DNA of 63,904 nucleotides, counting the filler, from Octopus bimaculoides (lineage: Eukaryota), in the NCBI RefSeq assembly GCF_001194135.2. It is 5 parts of 5 records of this genome, joined end to end, with 100 filler letters (N's around TTAATTAATTAA, not from the genome) between each part and the next. Parts side by side here need not be neighbours in the genome. Positions count along the whole stretch, not along the records: positions 1 to 30,483 come from NC_068992.1; 4 more parts are not named here. One strand, 5' to 3'. Numbering within the stretch: position 1 is the first letter of the stretch; every line of letters begins with the position of its first letter. Positions 13,831 to 25,584 of the stretch are shown here, piece after piece. Below the pieces are notes generated by a model that had not been told where the DNA came from, did not search any database, and worked only from the letters and a program-made list of their open reading frames with translations. The translations under genes were made by a program, and so were the position numbers.

Positions 13831-13989
13831 TTATAAAACTTTGATGCATACATACTTACACACATAACAAACGCACATACACATACAAGCACACACACAC
13901 ACACAGAGACACACACACACACGCACATGCAAGGACTCACACACACACACAAAGATACACACACAAACGCATATATATGCAAATACGCA

Positions 13990-14027
<38 letters not shown>

Positions 14028-15440
14028 NNNNNNNNNNGCATTAATACACAGTTAATGCCCTTTATATATAATTAATTATATTTTATGAAGAAATGATGAA
14101 TTTTTTCATTACGAAATTTTTCGTTATTTTTTCATCATGAGGTTTTTTCACGCTGACTACTTGATAACTTCTTATAAAGAATTTATCCTATATATATTAT
14201 ATTATATATATATATGATATGTATATTATATATATATATGCATGTATATATGTGTATATATATGTATGCAATTATAAAAAAAATACGAACCCATGTGCAC
14301 AGTTTTATCATAATAATTATATTGGAACTATGTTCTTTCACATGAGCAATGGATATTTATATCAGTTATATTGTGATGAGAATACAATAACAATACTTGA
14401 ATTAAAATTAAATGAAGCATTTAACATGAGGCATTACATTAATGCTATAACGCAGTAATACACAATGAATTCATAATAGCGTGCATTACGGCCAAATCTA
14501 AAAACGTATATCTATGTATACAAACAAACATACACACATACATGCACGCATACGAACACACATACATACATACACACACACACAAACACCCTCCTACGAA
14601 CACAGACACATATACGTATATATATATATATATATATATATATNNNNNNNNNNNNNNNNNNNNNNNNNNNNNNNNNNNNNNNNNNNNNNNNNNNNNNNNN
14701 NNNNNNNNNNNNNNNNNNNNNNNNNNNNNNNNNNNNNNNNNNNNNNNNNNNNNNNNNNNNNNNNNNNNNNNNNNNNNNNNNNNNNNNNNNNNNNNNNNNN
14801 NNNNNNNNNNNNNNNNNNNNNNNNNNNNNNNNNNNNNNNNNNNNNNNNNNNNNNNNNNNNNNNNNNNNNNNNNNNNNNNNNNNNNNNNNNNNNNNNNNNN
14901 NNNNNNNNNNNNNNNNNNNNNNNNNNNNNNNNNNNATATATATATATATATATATATAAATTATCTTGAATGAAATAGGAAGCGGTATTTTTCACGATGC
15001 TAATTTCTATTACTAATTCTTTTAAAATACAATAAGTATGGAGAAAAATAGACATTGTTATTAACTGTAATATACATTTCGTTCTCTAGGTCTCCGATGT
15101 ACTTCGTCAATATTGGATGTCCCATGCTATACAGGGCTTTTTATCCATGTCTTGGATAATAAAATTTCTAGGAGAAAACGCTCAAAATTTAAGATGCATT
15201 ATTTTTCTGAATGGAAGCTACACATATTTAATAAATTTTACTGTGTAAACAGAGTGAATTGCGTCCTCTTGGTATACGTCACTTTATACATCATTCTGTA
15301 TATTCTAATAGAAAATGTACCTTAATATAACATATTATTCACTTATACCTGGCATTGTGATTACAATTATATAATTTCCAATGCTGCTTATATTTGTGCT
15401 TTACTTCATGCTCTGTTGTTCATTGATTGTTGTATTATAG

Positions 15441-15514
15441 GATTAAACTTCAAATTATGTATGCACATTTCATCATCTTTCAACTTTGTTATATAATTGT
15501 TTGAACAGATTACG
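15441..15514 (+). pseudogene. Leader-like exon remnant (MYAHFIIFQLCYIIV*TDY)
   Basis: tgtattatag| acceptor and |gtaagt donor; hydrophobic peptide with one in-frame TGA; phase-1 end typical of leader exons. Confidence 0.3.
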
Positions 15515-16156
15515 GTAAGTTTTCATTTATCTAGAATAATAAAGCTATATCATCATTTAAATGCATATGAATTAATTATGCACAATTCAATATTTCTAGT
15601 TGTTGCCAAAACAAATATAGAATTATATGAGCTCTGATAATTAATCTGAAATTTCAATTAGATATTATTGTTATATGTAACTTTGCAAAATCTGTTCCGA
15701 ACGTCTGATATGCATGACTATACTAATACAAATGCATAATATTAGATCGCACACACACACACACACACACACCCTGGCGCGCGCACGCGCACACACACAC
15801 ACACACACTCAAGCTCATACAAATATATTCATACATATTCTCATATAGATAACCCTAGAAATATGCATAGATATGCACACACAAACACACACATATAATC
15901 TATGTTTTTAGTGAGACAGCGATTACGTAAAGAACAGGAGGTTTTATAAATGCACAGTATCACTTGACAACTGTAACCACATTTACATCGGCTCATGTAG
16001 AACCACTTCAAAGCTAAGGTGAGCAATCACTACTCTAGCTTTAAATCTGAAACAAAATATGACAGTACATCGTTATCTCAACTCATCAGTAAACAAACGC
16101 TTGATTCAATCCTTTACACTCTCAAATGTTCCGTTGACACTCTCGCCAAACCTTAC

Positions 16157-16242
16157 TGCGAATATAACAAGTGCGTCTATGCATTGCCGAGGTCATAGAT
16201 ATTTTGCAAACCACTCAATGAAGGCAGCAGTATGATATTCAC
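16157..16242 (-). other. Exon candidate with in-frame TGA (GEYHTAAFIEWFAKYL*PRQCIDALVIFA)
   Basis: ctatctttgcag| acceptor and |gtaagg donor; 86 nt; all frames contain a stop; the best frame has a single TGA. Confidence 0.3.
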
Positions 16243-17351
16243 CTGCAAAGATAGGGCATTAAATATATTCTCAAAATACAAATAATTACCATCTCACTCC
16301 TGTCTCCACCTAACTCTCATCTCCTAATATAATAATGAGCGTAGTGTCTTTATATATTTCAATACACACATACACACACACTTACATATTTGTCCAGATT
16401 CACGCTGGACGCCGAAGAGAGAAAATATCAATTCAGTGAAGGAGTAGTGAGGTAGTGAGAGTTATAGATCTCACTGGGAGGGCGTGGGTGAAAGTAATAG
16501 CTATGAGAGAAAGGAACGGGTAGCAGATAAACTAGTAAGAAAGGGGGGAAAAACCATCCGTTCAAATTTGTGTGAGTGTATGTATGTACGTATACAATAA
16601 AGTATGTGAATGTTTGTATTTGTGATTACTATGTACCTTATTTCTACATTATTTATAATACAATTTGCCGTCATTATTGATGGCACGTGATCAGCTAGTA
16701 TATATATATATATATATATATNNNNNNNNNNNNNNNNNNNNNNNNNNNNNNNNNNNNNNNNNNNNNNNNNNNNNNNNNNNNNNNNNNNNNNNNNNNNNNN
16801 NNNNNNNNNNNNNNNNNNNNNNNNNNNNNNNNNNNNNNNNNNNNNNNNNNNNNNNNNNNNNNNNNNNNNNNNNNNNNNNNNNNNNNNNNNNNNNNNNNNN
16901 NNNNNNNNNNNNNNNNNNNNNNNNNNNNNNNNNNNNNNNNNNNNNNNNNNNNNNNNNNNNNNNNNNNNNNNNNNNNNNNNNNNNNNNNNNNNNNNNNNNN
17001 NNNNNNNNNNNNNNNNNNNNNNNNNNNNNNNNNNNNNNNNNNNNNNNNNNNNNNNNNNNNNNNNNNNNNNNNNNNNNNNNNNNNNNNNNNNNNNNNNNNN
17101 NNNNNNNNNNNNNNNNNNNNNNNNNNNNNNNNNNNNNNNNNNNNNNTATATATACTCTTTTACTTGTTTCAGTCATTTGGAATGTGGCCATGCTGGAACA
17201 CCGCCTTTAGTCGAGCAAATCGATCCCAGGACTTATTGTTTGTAAGCCAAGTACTTATTGTATCGGGCCTTTTGCCGAACCACTAGGTTACGGGAATGTA
17301 AACACACCAGCATCGGTTGTCAAGCGATGTTGGGGGCACAAACACAGACAA

Positions 17352-17396
<45 letters not shown>

Positions 17397-17399
17397 CAT

Positions 17400-17900
17400 A
17401 TAATAATACAAATGACATATGGGCATATGCATGTATACATACATATATGTACGTACCTGCATCTACACGTATATATAGATGTATATCCGGGTACAGGACG
17501 TCAAAGAAGGAACGAGAACATAAACAAAGCAAACAATGGACTTTTTTTTTACGGACAACAGAGTGAACACATAGGAAAACCGACGAGCCACTTATGGAAC
17601 TTTTCCTTCATCATCTACCGTTATTCTAAACTAGGCGTTTCGAAGATGATCAGAACGCGCTCTTAGAATAGCTCATCCCGCGAAGTGTAGGGTTCCAGCT
17701 AAGCGGAGGGTTCCAAGGTAGCAGACAAAAACCAAGACGGGAAAAATTAAACAGTGAAAACAACATTAAAAGCCGTTGGGCCGAACGCGATGAGATATTG
17801 AACGCTGTGATGTGACGAAGCTGAACAGAGACAGTAGTTTCGTCTTGCCTTTATGCTGGCTGAAGGGAGAAAGGAAGAGGTGACCACAGGTCACATGTGA
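17400..17900. mobile_element. Unclassified interspersed repeat, second partial copy at 18370-18580
   Basis: Shared blocks GCATATGCAT..ATATAGATG.ATATC.GGGTACAGGACG and TTTCCTTCATCA..TTCTAAA..CGTTTCGAAGA in both copies. Confidence 0.6.
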
Positions 17901-17989
17901 TCAACGAGAGACAGGGAGAGGGAGTAAGAGAGAGATATGTATAGCAGTGAAGGGGAGAGGTAAGGACAACAGAAGGAAGCAGAACGAGA

Positions 17990-18020
17990 GAGAGAGAGAG
18001 ATAGATAAGAAGGAAGATAT

Positions 18021-18061
<41 letters not shown>

Positions 18062-18070
18062 AAGATAGAC

Positions 18071-18125
<55 letters not shown>

Positions 18126-18136
18126 CAGAAAGATAG
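17990..18136 (+). repeat. (GATA)n microsatellite
   Basis: Direct tandem repeats. Confidence 0.95.
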
Positions 18137-19347
18137 AGTCGCGTCAGAAATATAAAGTTAAAACTTACTTGCAAATGGATGCGTGGCGTTCGATAATATA
18201 CGACGGGCTTCTTTCAGTTTCCGTGTACCAAATCCATTCACAAGGTTTTGGTCGGCCCAAGGCTATAGTAGAAGACACTTGCCGATGGGCAAGTGTCTTC
18301 TACTATGCGGTTCGTAAGTAAGCTACTTACCACACAGCCAATCCTACGCCTATTATATATATATATATATAATACAAATAATAAATAAGCATATGCATAT
18401 ATACGTACATGTATGTACATACCTACATCTACATGTATATATAGATGCATATCTGGGTACAGGACGTTGCAAAAAAATGTGGACAAAATGATAAACACAG
18501 TACAGAAAACACACAGGTCACATAGAGAACATTTCCTTCATCAGCTGCCATCATTCTAAAACTAATCGTTTCGAAGAGTTAGGGCAGTACTAATATATGC
18601 CTCTCGACCGTAGAAACACGTCGACTACAAACAACCACTAGCCATGCTTAAATTCTCCACCCTGCTTAAATTCCTCTCCCTACTTGCTGTATCCATACAC
18701 ACATTCTTTCTCCCCTACGATCAAAAATATTTCTGCGCTCCCTTTCAATTTATCTTCATTTTAAATACCAATCCCACTATTAAATTTTGTGATTAAGCTA
18801 AACTAGTATATTATCTACTACTGACCAGCCCAATTCTCACTCACCTATAGTCTATTTTATTTATATATTTATATTTTCTTTCTCTTCTTTCTTCTCTTCT
18901 TCTAACACTTATTTCTCCCTACATTCATATAGCTCTCGCATACTATCCTCTCCACAGATTCTGATTGAATCCCATTTGCGTCAACATGTGCCTCCTTGCA
19001 ACAATGTAGCTTTTAATCTAATCAATATATCATTGGCCTGAACAGTAGCCGGTGGTATACACCACGCTTGTATTTTACCTTTTCTGTGTTTCCCCTCGGT
19101 ATGAAACATATCTAGCCCAGATTTTTCCTACACTATTCCGTAACTCTTGTATTCTTTTTTTTTTTTTTGTACACTCGGCAATCCTGGTCGCCTACCGTGG
19201 AATGTAAAAGAACTTTTTTTCTGAACATCATGCTCATTATTCTTCGATGAAAAAAATAATCCGCAACCTTCCGTTTCAATAAAGAACTATTGTTCCTTCA
19301 TAATTAGTGAACAAAATGCACTATAAGATATGCTATAGGAACCACTA

Positions 19348-19411
19348 ATTTCATAATTAATGCAGAAAATGCACTTTTTAAAAAGTGCATTTTGTGCACT
19401 AATTATGAAAT
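19348..19411. repeat. 64-bp near-perfect palindrome with no loop
   Basis: ATTTCATAATTAATGCAGAAAATGCACTTTTT / AAAAAGTGCATTTTGTGCACTAATTATGAAAT; 2 mismatches. Confidence 0.9.
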
Positions 19412-19920
19412 CATATGATCTGCAGCTGAGTCTGAATTTAAAAGGCTCGCTTCGAGAATTGCATTCCCTCGTGTTCGGTACAATGTGTTTATTATGGTAG
19501 TTTTGACTTTAAGAGTCCCTCCCAGCGTAAGGCATTCATGTATAGTAATGCCCTTAATATATTTATAGGTAATGATATCCTTTCGATTCAGGGTATATCA
19601 GCCGAAACGATGTGTTAACAACAAACAAAATGAGGACAAATATCCGTCAAGTGTAAATAATGTATAATTTTAGTGTCCATCACATTTTCATTAAGATTTT
19701 GTGATTTGCTGAATATTTTTTTCTTTTCTTGTGTGAGAGGGATAATTTTATCTATCTTCTTTTGTAGAAAGGGACTATATTTCACAACGTAGTATAATCA
19801 AAATTCGTCTTTATATGTTTAACATGCTTTCATGATCTAGTTGATATGCTATAGGAACCACTATATTTCAAGCGAAATAAAAATTATATTGTACTATTTG
19901 GAGACGCTTAATATTTCGAT

Positions 19921-20305
19921 GTGGAGGCGCAATGGCCCAGTGGTTAGGGCAGCAGACTCGCGGTCATACGATCCTGGTTTCGATTTCCAGACCGGGCGTT
20001 GTGAGTGTTTATTGAACGAACACACCTAAAGCTCCACGAGGCTCCGGCAGGTGATGGTAGAGAACCCTGTTGTACTCTGCCACCACAGCGTTCTCTCACT
20101 CTTTCTTCCTGTTTCTGTTGTACCTGTATTTAAAAGGGCCAGCCTTGTCACACTGTGTCACGCTGAATATCCCCGAGAACTACGTTAAGGGTACACGTGT
20201 CTGTGGAATACTCGTCCACTTGCACGTTAATTTCACGAGCAGGCTGTTCCGTTGATCGGGTCGACTGGAACCCTCGACGTCGTAAGCGACGGAGTGCCAA
20301 CAACA
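19921..20305 (+). mobile_element. tRNA-derived SINE family B, near full length
   Basis: tRNA-like head GGAGGCGCAATGGCCCAGTGGTTAGGGCAGCAGACTCGCGGTC..GGTTTCGATTTCC (A and B boxes); body shared with 28769-29007. Confidence 0.85.
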
Positions 20306-20899
20306 ATATTTCGATGAATATAATATCTTAAAATTGTTATTGTGTACCATTAGCTCAATTATCAACTGTAACATAGACTGATACTAGAATGTGATCAGCC
20401 TAAATGTAAATTATGTAAGATATCATCATTGTTATATATACAATTTTTCTATAAAATTCTCGAGTAATATACCACCGTTATGTCATGTGCAAATATACTC
20501 ATCGTTATTGATTCTAGGGTTCGTATCTGACATGCTGATTACTATAGAAACGTAGAAAAAAGTAACGTTTCTTGATTCTATGTAAAATGTAAAGAAACCA
20601 ATTCTTCTCTTTTACACGAAAGTAATTGTTAGTATGCAATTATCATCACATTTCTTAGATTTTTAGCCATCGTTTGGGGTGAATGAGACTAATGTTAAAG
20701 AAAATAATAACATATACAAAACTCTCTTATACATTTGAAATTAATAATTGATATGCCACTCATATGAATATGTATGGCATGTATCGATAAATTGTTTCAA
20801 ATGTTTGGTATTTTATATTTTTGCAAATATCAAGGAGGAGAATTCGTGTACATGTGGAGCTCAAACATTCAAATCAAAGTATTAACTTAAACAATTTTA

Positions 20900-21100
20900 A
20901 ATTATATTTGACGGGGAAACATCTTTTACTTGAAGGGCGACACAATCAGAAATAACATAAATAATTATGCATGGCACTCTATATATATTTAAGGGAAGCA
21001 ATAGCACAACTATAGCTACTATATAATTCTTTTCAACGTTAAGGATGGAAGAATTATGGCGCTAAGAGTTTAATCACGGAAATATAAAATATGATTTACA
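20900..21100 (+). pseudogene. Ig-like exon remnant
   Basis: ..NNYAWH..YYIILFNVK-MEE-YGA (frameshifted), resembling the C-strand W and LxIxNVxxEDYGxY. Confidence 0.25.
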
Positions 21101-21714
21101 ATTTCATATATCCTTCTCGTCATATAATAATAGATTAGCCTCATTTTGTATTGAAATGATCCTATTCAAAAACATGGTTCATGTGATCCTTCAATCTGTT
21201 CCATTGTTGCGAAACAAAGCATCCCTTATTAACTGCAGAATACAGTTATCTGAAAACTCTGACGCGTTAAAGAATTACAGTATGCTTAGTAAACATTTTC
21301 AATGGGACACTTTTACAGAATTAAAACGAATATTTTGGTTTATTTCTTTCCTATCACATATTTTCTTTAATTCATCACGCAAATATCTCCATACATCTTC
21401 ACTGATGATTATATTTTATTTCATGGCTTCAACTTTATTTTGGTGCCAATACCCTCATGGAAATGAGTTGTTTTTTTATTTTATTATTCTCTTTAAAAGT
21501 GTTTTGTTTGTTTATGTTTCCATTTCTCTGGCTGAAATTCATGCCAAACATCTGAAAATATAAAGTAAGTTTTTAATTGTTGATTCGTTACTAAAAATGT
21601 ACCGTACTACAAATGAAAAGATGAACAGTATTAATGATTTCAAGACTGTTTAAATATTGCAAACGATGATATCAGTTAAATAAAGCAGAAGTAAATGGTT
21701 TCAGTGAAATTATA

Positions 21715-22440
21715 TTCTTTCCTCCTTGCTTCGTGACGCCAGAAAATAACTCGACAATTAGAGCATTACAAACTGTTTTCTTTTTATTTTTGCATGTATT
21801 TTGAGAGGATTATTCTGTGTATACGGATGCTCGACCATATAATGCAATGTCTAAATTTTACATTCAGCTTCAGAGAAAGTGCGAAATGTCAACTTCAAAA
21901 AGACTATCTAACACCGAAAGAAAAAATGCTGTTATCACATGTATATCCAGGAACAGTGACATAAAATAGAAGCGAATATGTGTAAAAGATAATACTATAG
22001 TGTAAAAGATAATACTTCCACACTCTATCTGTCAATCACTAAGTATTGCAATTGTTACATTTCAATGACCTCCTCTGTAATATAATTAGAACTTAAACTT
22101 TAAGGAGTTTCGAAATTGTATATGACTGCTATTGACATTCTGTGACAAACAACAATGAGTAGATAGCTTAAAACTCTTGGGTACCAAAAAGACATGTATA
22201 TATATATTAACAACTTTGCACCAATTTAAAGTTAATTTTCATCATTAGTAAAATGATATTGTTGGTTGCAATATCTTACTTCTGGTTTCAAGTTAGAGGA
22301 CTTTTTTCTGGTATTATTTTAGACGCTTTTTAATGAGCTATTACTAGAGAATAATTCTGAGGAATATCTGTTTGGAAATGTGTTACAAAATGTCCAAAAT
22401 CATATAAGGAAAGAGAACATTTCATTAATTGTAAAGCATT
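21715..22440 (+). pseudogene. Decayed multi-Ig-domain exon (nephrin/hemicentin-like architecture)
   Basis: LFLHVF*EDYSVYTDARPYNAMSKFYIQLQRK (Ig F-G end), NAVITCISRNSDIK*K (B-strand Cys, stop at the expected Trp), NNSEEYLFGNVLQN..NISLIVK (next domain end). Confidence 0.5.
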
Positions 22441-22761
22441 GCCAGTTGTCATATATGTTATTTATGTTTACACTTTTAGATATATCTATCGCTGCTGGAT
22501 AGAGATGTAAATTTAAAATAAATTATTCACTAGCGTAGTATGCAATTAAATCCCCTAGTAACTGAATTCAATTACATTTTCCAAGAACATTAACGATTCA
22601 ATTAATCCATGCCATTTATATACTGCTAATGGAAACATTTGATTTATCAGCTAGCTATTGCGGTTTTGCATATCGTCATCACAGAGGGAAGTATTTTCCC
22701 TAAATGGACATCACAAGATCAATACATGTTTCCTGTAAAATATTCTTTCTACTCTTGCTAG

Positions 22762-22851
22762 GTGGCAAGCGCAATTTTAGAAATCGTGACATTTTAGTCC
22801 TGTTAATCAAACTACTCACAATATTTCAGTTTACGCATACGTTGCTCTCTT
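22762..22851 (+). CDS. Open leader/signal-peptide-like exon (GKRNFRNRDILVLLIKLLTIFQFTHTLLS)
   Basis: tattctttctactcttgctag| acceptor, |gtaaag donor; 90 nt, phase 1->1, no stop; basic then hydrophobic peptide. Confidence 0.35.
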
Positions 22852-23623
22852 GTAAAGTTTTGCAAATAGATATTAGATAATTTCATATTAGATATGAATA
22901 ACTGCGACTTAAATATTAATATTTTCACAGTATATGACACGCATTTTTCCAAGAGAATATTTAAATATATACAGTTACAAATATTTATCATTTGACACGG
23001 ATAATTATTTAATTTTTACCAATGTATTGGTATTAGGATTTTTATATTATGTTTCACTAAGAATAGACACATTAATACAATCTATAGAAGTTAAATAAGT
23101 ATAGGTTACACGTCGACTCATAAAACTGAAAGCTAAGAGTCTGATTCTTGCATGAGATTTGAGGCTATAGGGATTTTGTAAGCAGTGAAGTATGAAATGC
23201 TTCGCGTAAGCATTTCCATCATTCTGAGGAAATAGGAATACTTAATAGATACCATTTCGCTGATTTTTATTTTAATATAATATTATTATAAGTGAGTGTC
23301 TCCAAATAATTATAGCTTGACGCATCAGTCAGTCTAAAGGATTTATGAGACAGGGAGAATTGACTGAAATACACAAGGAAAATAAAATACAAAAATATAT
23401 ATTACAACAAACCCGGTGGTGAAAATATTTTTTTTCCGGGAGCATACATCATGTAACAACACGCGATGTATATTAAGATACTTAAATTGCTATATAATTT
23501 GCTTCAGAGATTCATGATAGAAAAATCTATTAAATGACAAAGTTACTACCACCTACCATAGACATCTCACAAGCCAGAAGACACAGAGTTTAACTATCTT
23601 TTTCTCAGTCATACGCACGTATA

Positions 23624-23670
<47 letters not shown>

Positions 23671-23739
23671 TGTGTGCGTGTGTGTGTTTTAACCACATTG
23701 CGTTTGTGTTTCCGTGTTTCTTGGGTACCCTGTTGAGAA

Positions 23740-24458
23740 AAAGGATCTGTTAAATGAAACCCTAAAATGGTGGCTACTTCTCATAAAATGGCACAGTGTG
23801 TATGGTGATTTACTGAAACAAAATTGGATACACACACCCAACGAAACTACAGAATTGTGTATGCAAGACATCCAGTGTTACGTCCGTCATTTTAAGCAGG
23901 GCATAACAAATTTATGGAAGTAAGGACAGTGTTGGATAAAAAGATGAATGGATGACCAAAATTATCTGCGGAAAACATTGATCTTTGTTAAACATGCGTT
24001 TGCTAGTTCACTTACCACTGCCAGACATTTACATCTACCATGTTCAACAGTGTACTAAGTCCAACACAAGTACTTGCGATTCAACGCTTACAAAGTAAAA
24101 CTCTTACAGGCCCTGGAACCAAATGATAGATCAAGACGAAATGAGTTTGCTGGAACGAATTTCTGGGGATGCAGCGTTCCTCACCCAATCTTGTCTTCGT
24201 GATGAAGCAATCTTTCATGTTTCATGGAAACGGAACACACATAGTGTGAGGATTTGGGGATCAGAACACCCCTATATGACTATGGAACTTCCCCTAGATA
24301 GACTGAAGGTGAATGCCTGGTGTGGAATCGAATCATTGGTGCGATCGAATCATTGGTCCATATCTCTTCACAGAGAGATCAATCCCTAAAAATATTTACT
24401 TTTAACTTTTGACTAAATATATGGTACCAAAACTGGATGACCTTCAAGCAACATGCTT
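23740..24458 (+). mobile_element. Tc1/mariner-like transposase (DUF4817-type N-terminus), 3'-truncated
   Basis: MATSHKMAQCVWF.ETK..TQRNYR.VY; DEAIFHVSWKRNTHSVRIWGSEHP..KVNAWCGI; ..TKYMVPKLDDLQ, then abruptly replaced by 18S sequence. Confidence 0.8.
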
Positions 24459-24460
24459 TG

Positions 24461-24642
24461 GTTGCATGTATTCGCTCTAGACGAGCCACAATTATCCACT
24501 CTCCGAGTGGTGAACAATTCGGTCCCGAGGATTAGGTCCGGTTCCTGAGCCATTCGCGATTTCACCATTCGTTTACGGCATGAACTTACACTTTCATGGC
24601 TTAAGCTTTGAGACAAGCATATGACTACTGATCAATTTCAGG
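24461..24642 (-). rRNA. 18S: 18S rRNA 5'-end fragment (~180 nt, non-functional copy)
   Basis: Minus: TTGATC-AGTAGTCATATGCTTGTCTCAAAGCTTAAGCCATG..TAAGTTC..GGTGAAATCGCGAATGGCTCA..TGGATAATTGTGGC..CTAGAGCGAATACATGC, matching universally conserved SSU 5' motifs in the correct order. Confidence 0.9.
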
Positions 24643-24679
24643 CTTTTTGTTTGAAGGACGAAGAGTACAAGTACTCGTT

Positions 24680-25576
24680 TCTCCCTCTTCCTCCCTGAAA
24701 CTGACCATTCCATGTCACTTACCTCGGTAGATGTAGACGGTCTAGCTTCCACTGGCTCGCCATTCTCCTTCTCTACTGTCTTCTCTACCTCGTCAGGCTT
24801 CTCTTCCTCCTCCCCTGGGGATTCCTTGTTAAGCTTCTCTTGCTGCACGCTTGGTTCCTCTTGCGTGCGCTTCAGGTTGAAGGGACTGGTGCACGTTTTC
24901 CTTAGGTTCCCCTTCGGCCTACACCCGAAGCATCTTGGGATTCTGTACTGGACTGAGACTTAGTTTTTTCACATCTGGCAGAGATAAAAATTCTGGTATT
25001 TCCTCCAGATCCGCTGGTGTGGCTTGAATTGTTGTACTTAAACACTTACCAAATCAGTTCTGCACACTTTTCACCTTTATATTGAAGGAAGTGGCTGCCA
25101 GAAGCGATGCCGGTCTGACTTCGTGAGGAAAACCTTTTATTAAAAAATTAGCGGTTCTTTGCCGAGGTATGGCGGCAAAAGGGCCAGCTCCTTCGTTTGC
25201 AGGGTGATTGCAGAATCATTCCTAGCGTTGTACTCTGTCAAGGGTTGTACCTCCACGGTACCGAATTTCTCTTTTCACACAAGCCAAGTTGAAAATATTA
25301 TGTATTAAGGCCTTTTCAATTTCATCGATGGACGTTGTCTCTATTTCTACTTTTAAGAGATAACGCCCTATAAATTACAGTTCTTCTTGTCTCCTCCATG
25401 ATTTCCTTGGGGGAATTAACCTTACGTCTGCTCCCCACCTCCCGTAGACTTGGCTGAAATCTTTTTACTGCTTCTGACTTGATGTTATATCATTTTGGTA
25501 ATTTTCCAACAGCTGTCGCATAGCCTTCTGTACTCTCCTCAGTGTTGCTTGCGTACTCAGAGTCGATACTCTCCAT
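24680..25576 (-). mobile_element. Gag-like ORF1 of a non-LTR retroelement with degenerate CCHC zinc knuckle; frameshifted
   Basis: MESIDSEYASNTEESTEGYATAV..KFGTVEV..LALLPPYLGK..IKGFP..RIPRCFGCRPKGNLRKTC (CX2CX4[H>N]X4C at 24890-24932), then an acidic tail and RKR motif. Confidence 0.7.
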
Positions 25577-25584
25577 GAAATCAG

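Larger units (their letters stand above)
17153..18345 (-). mobile_element. SINE family A split by an ~800-bp insertion in its internal microsatellite
   Basis: 3' half at 17153-17360 and 5' half at 18198-18345 both match the intact copy at 34115-34532. Confidence 0.8.

Noticed and set aside
17590-17650. CGAAAC..(C)TGATGA hammerhead-like motifs on the minus strand (also 18530-18575)
   Set aside because: The order and spacing leave no room for stem III, NUH and stem I; one copy lacks the core C.
19921-19995. tRNA-like sequences (also 34455-34532 and 35975-36047)
   Set aside because: They are SINE heads continuous with repeat bodies, not functional tRNA genes.
21100-21551. Minus-strand acceptor with coding-like text (DVWHEFQPEKW..EDVWRYLRDELKKIC)
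   Set aside because: Multiple stops and no recognisable family; cannot be assigned.
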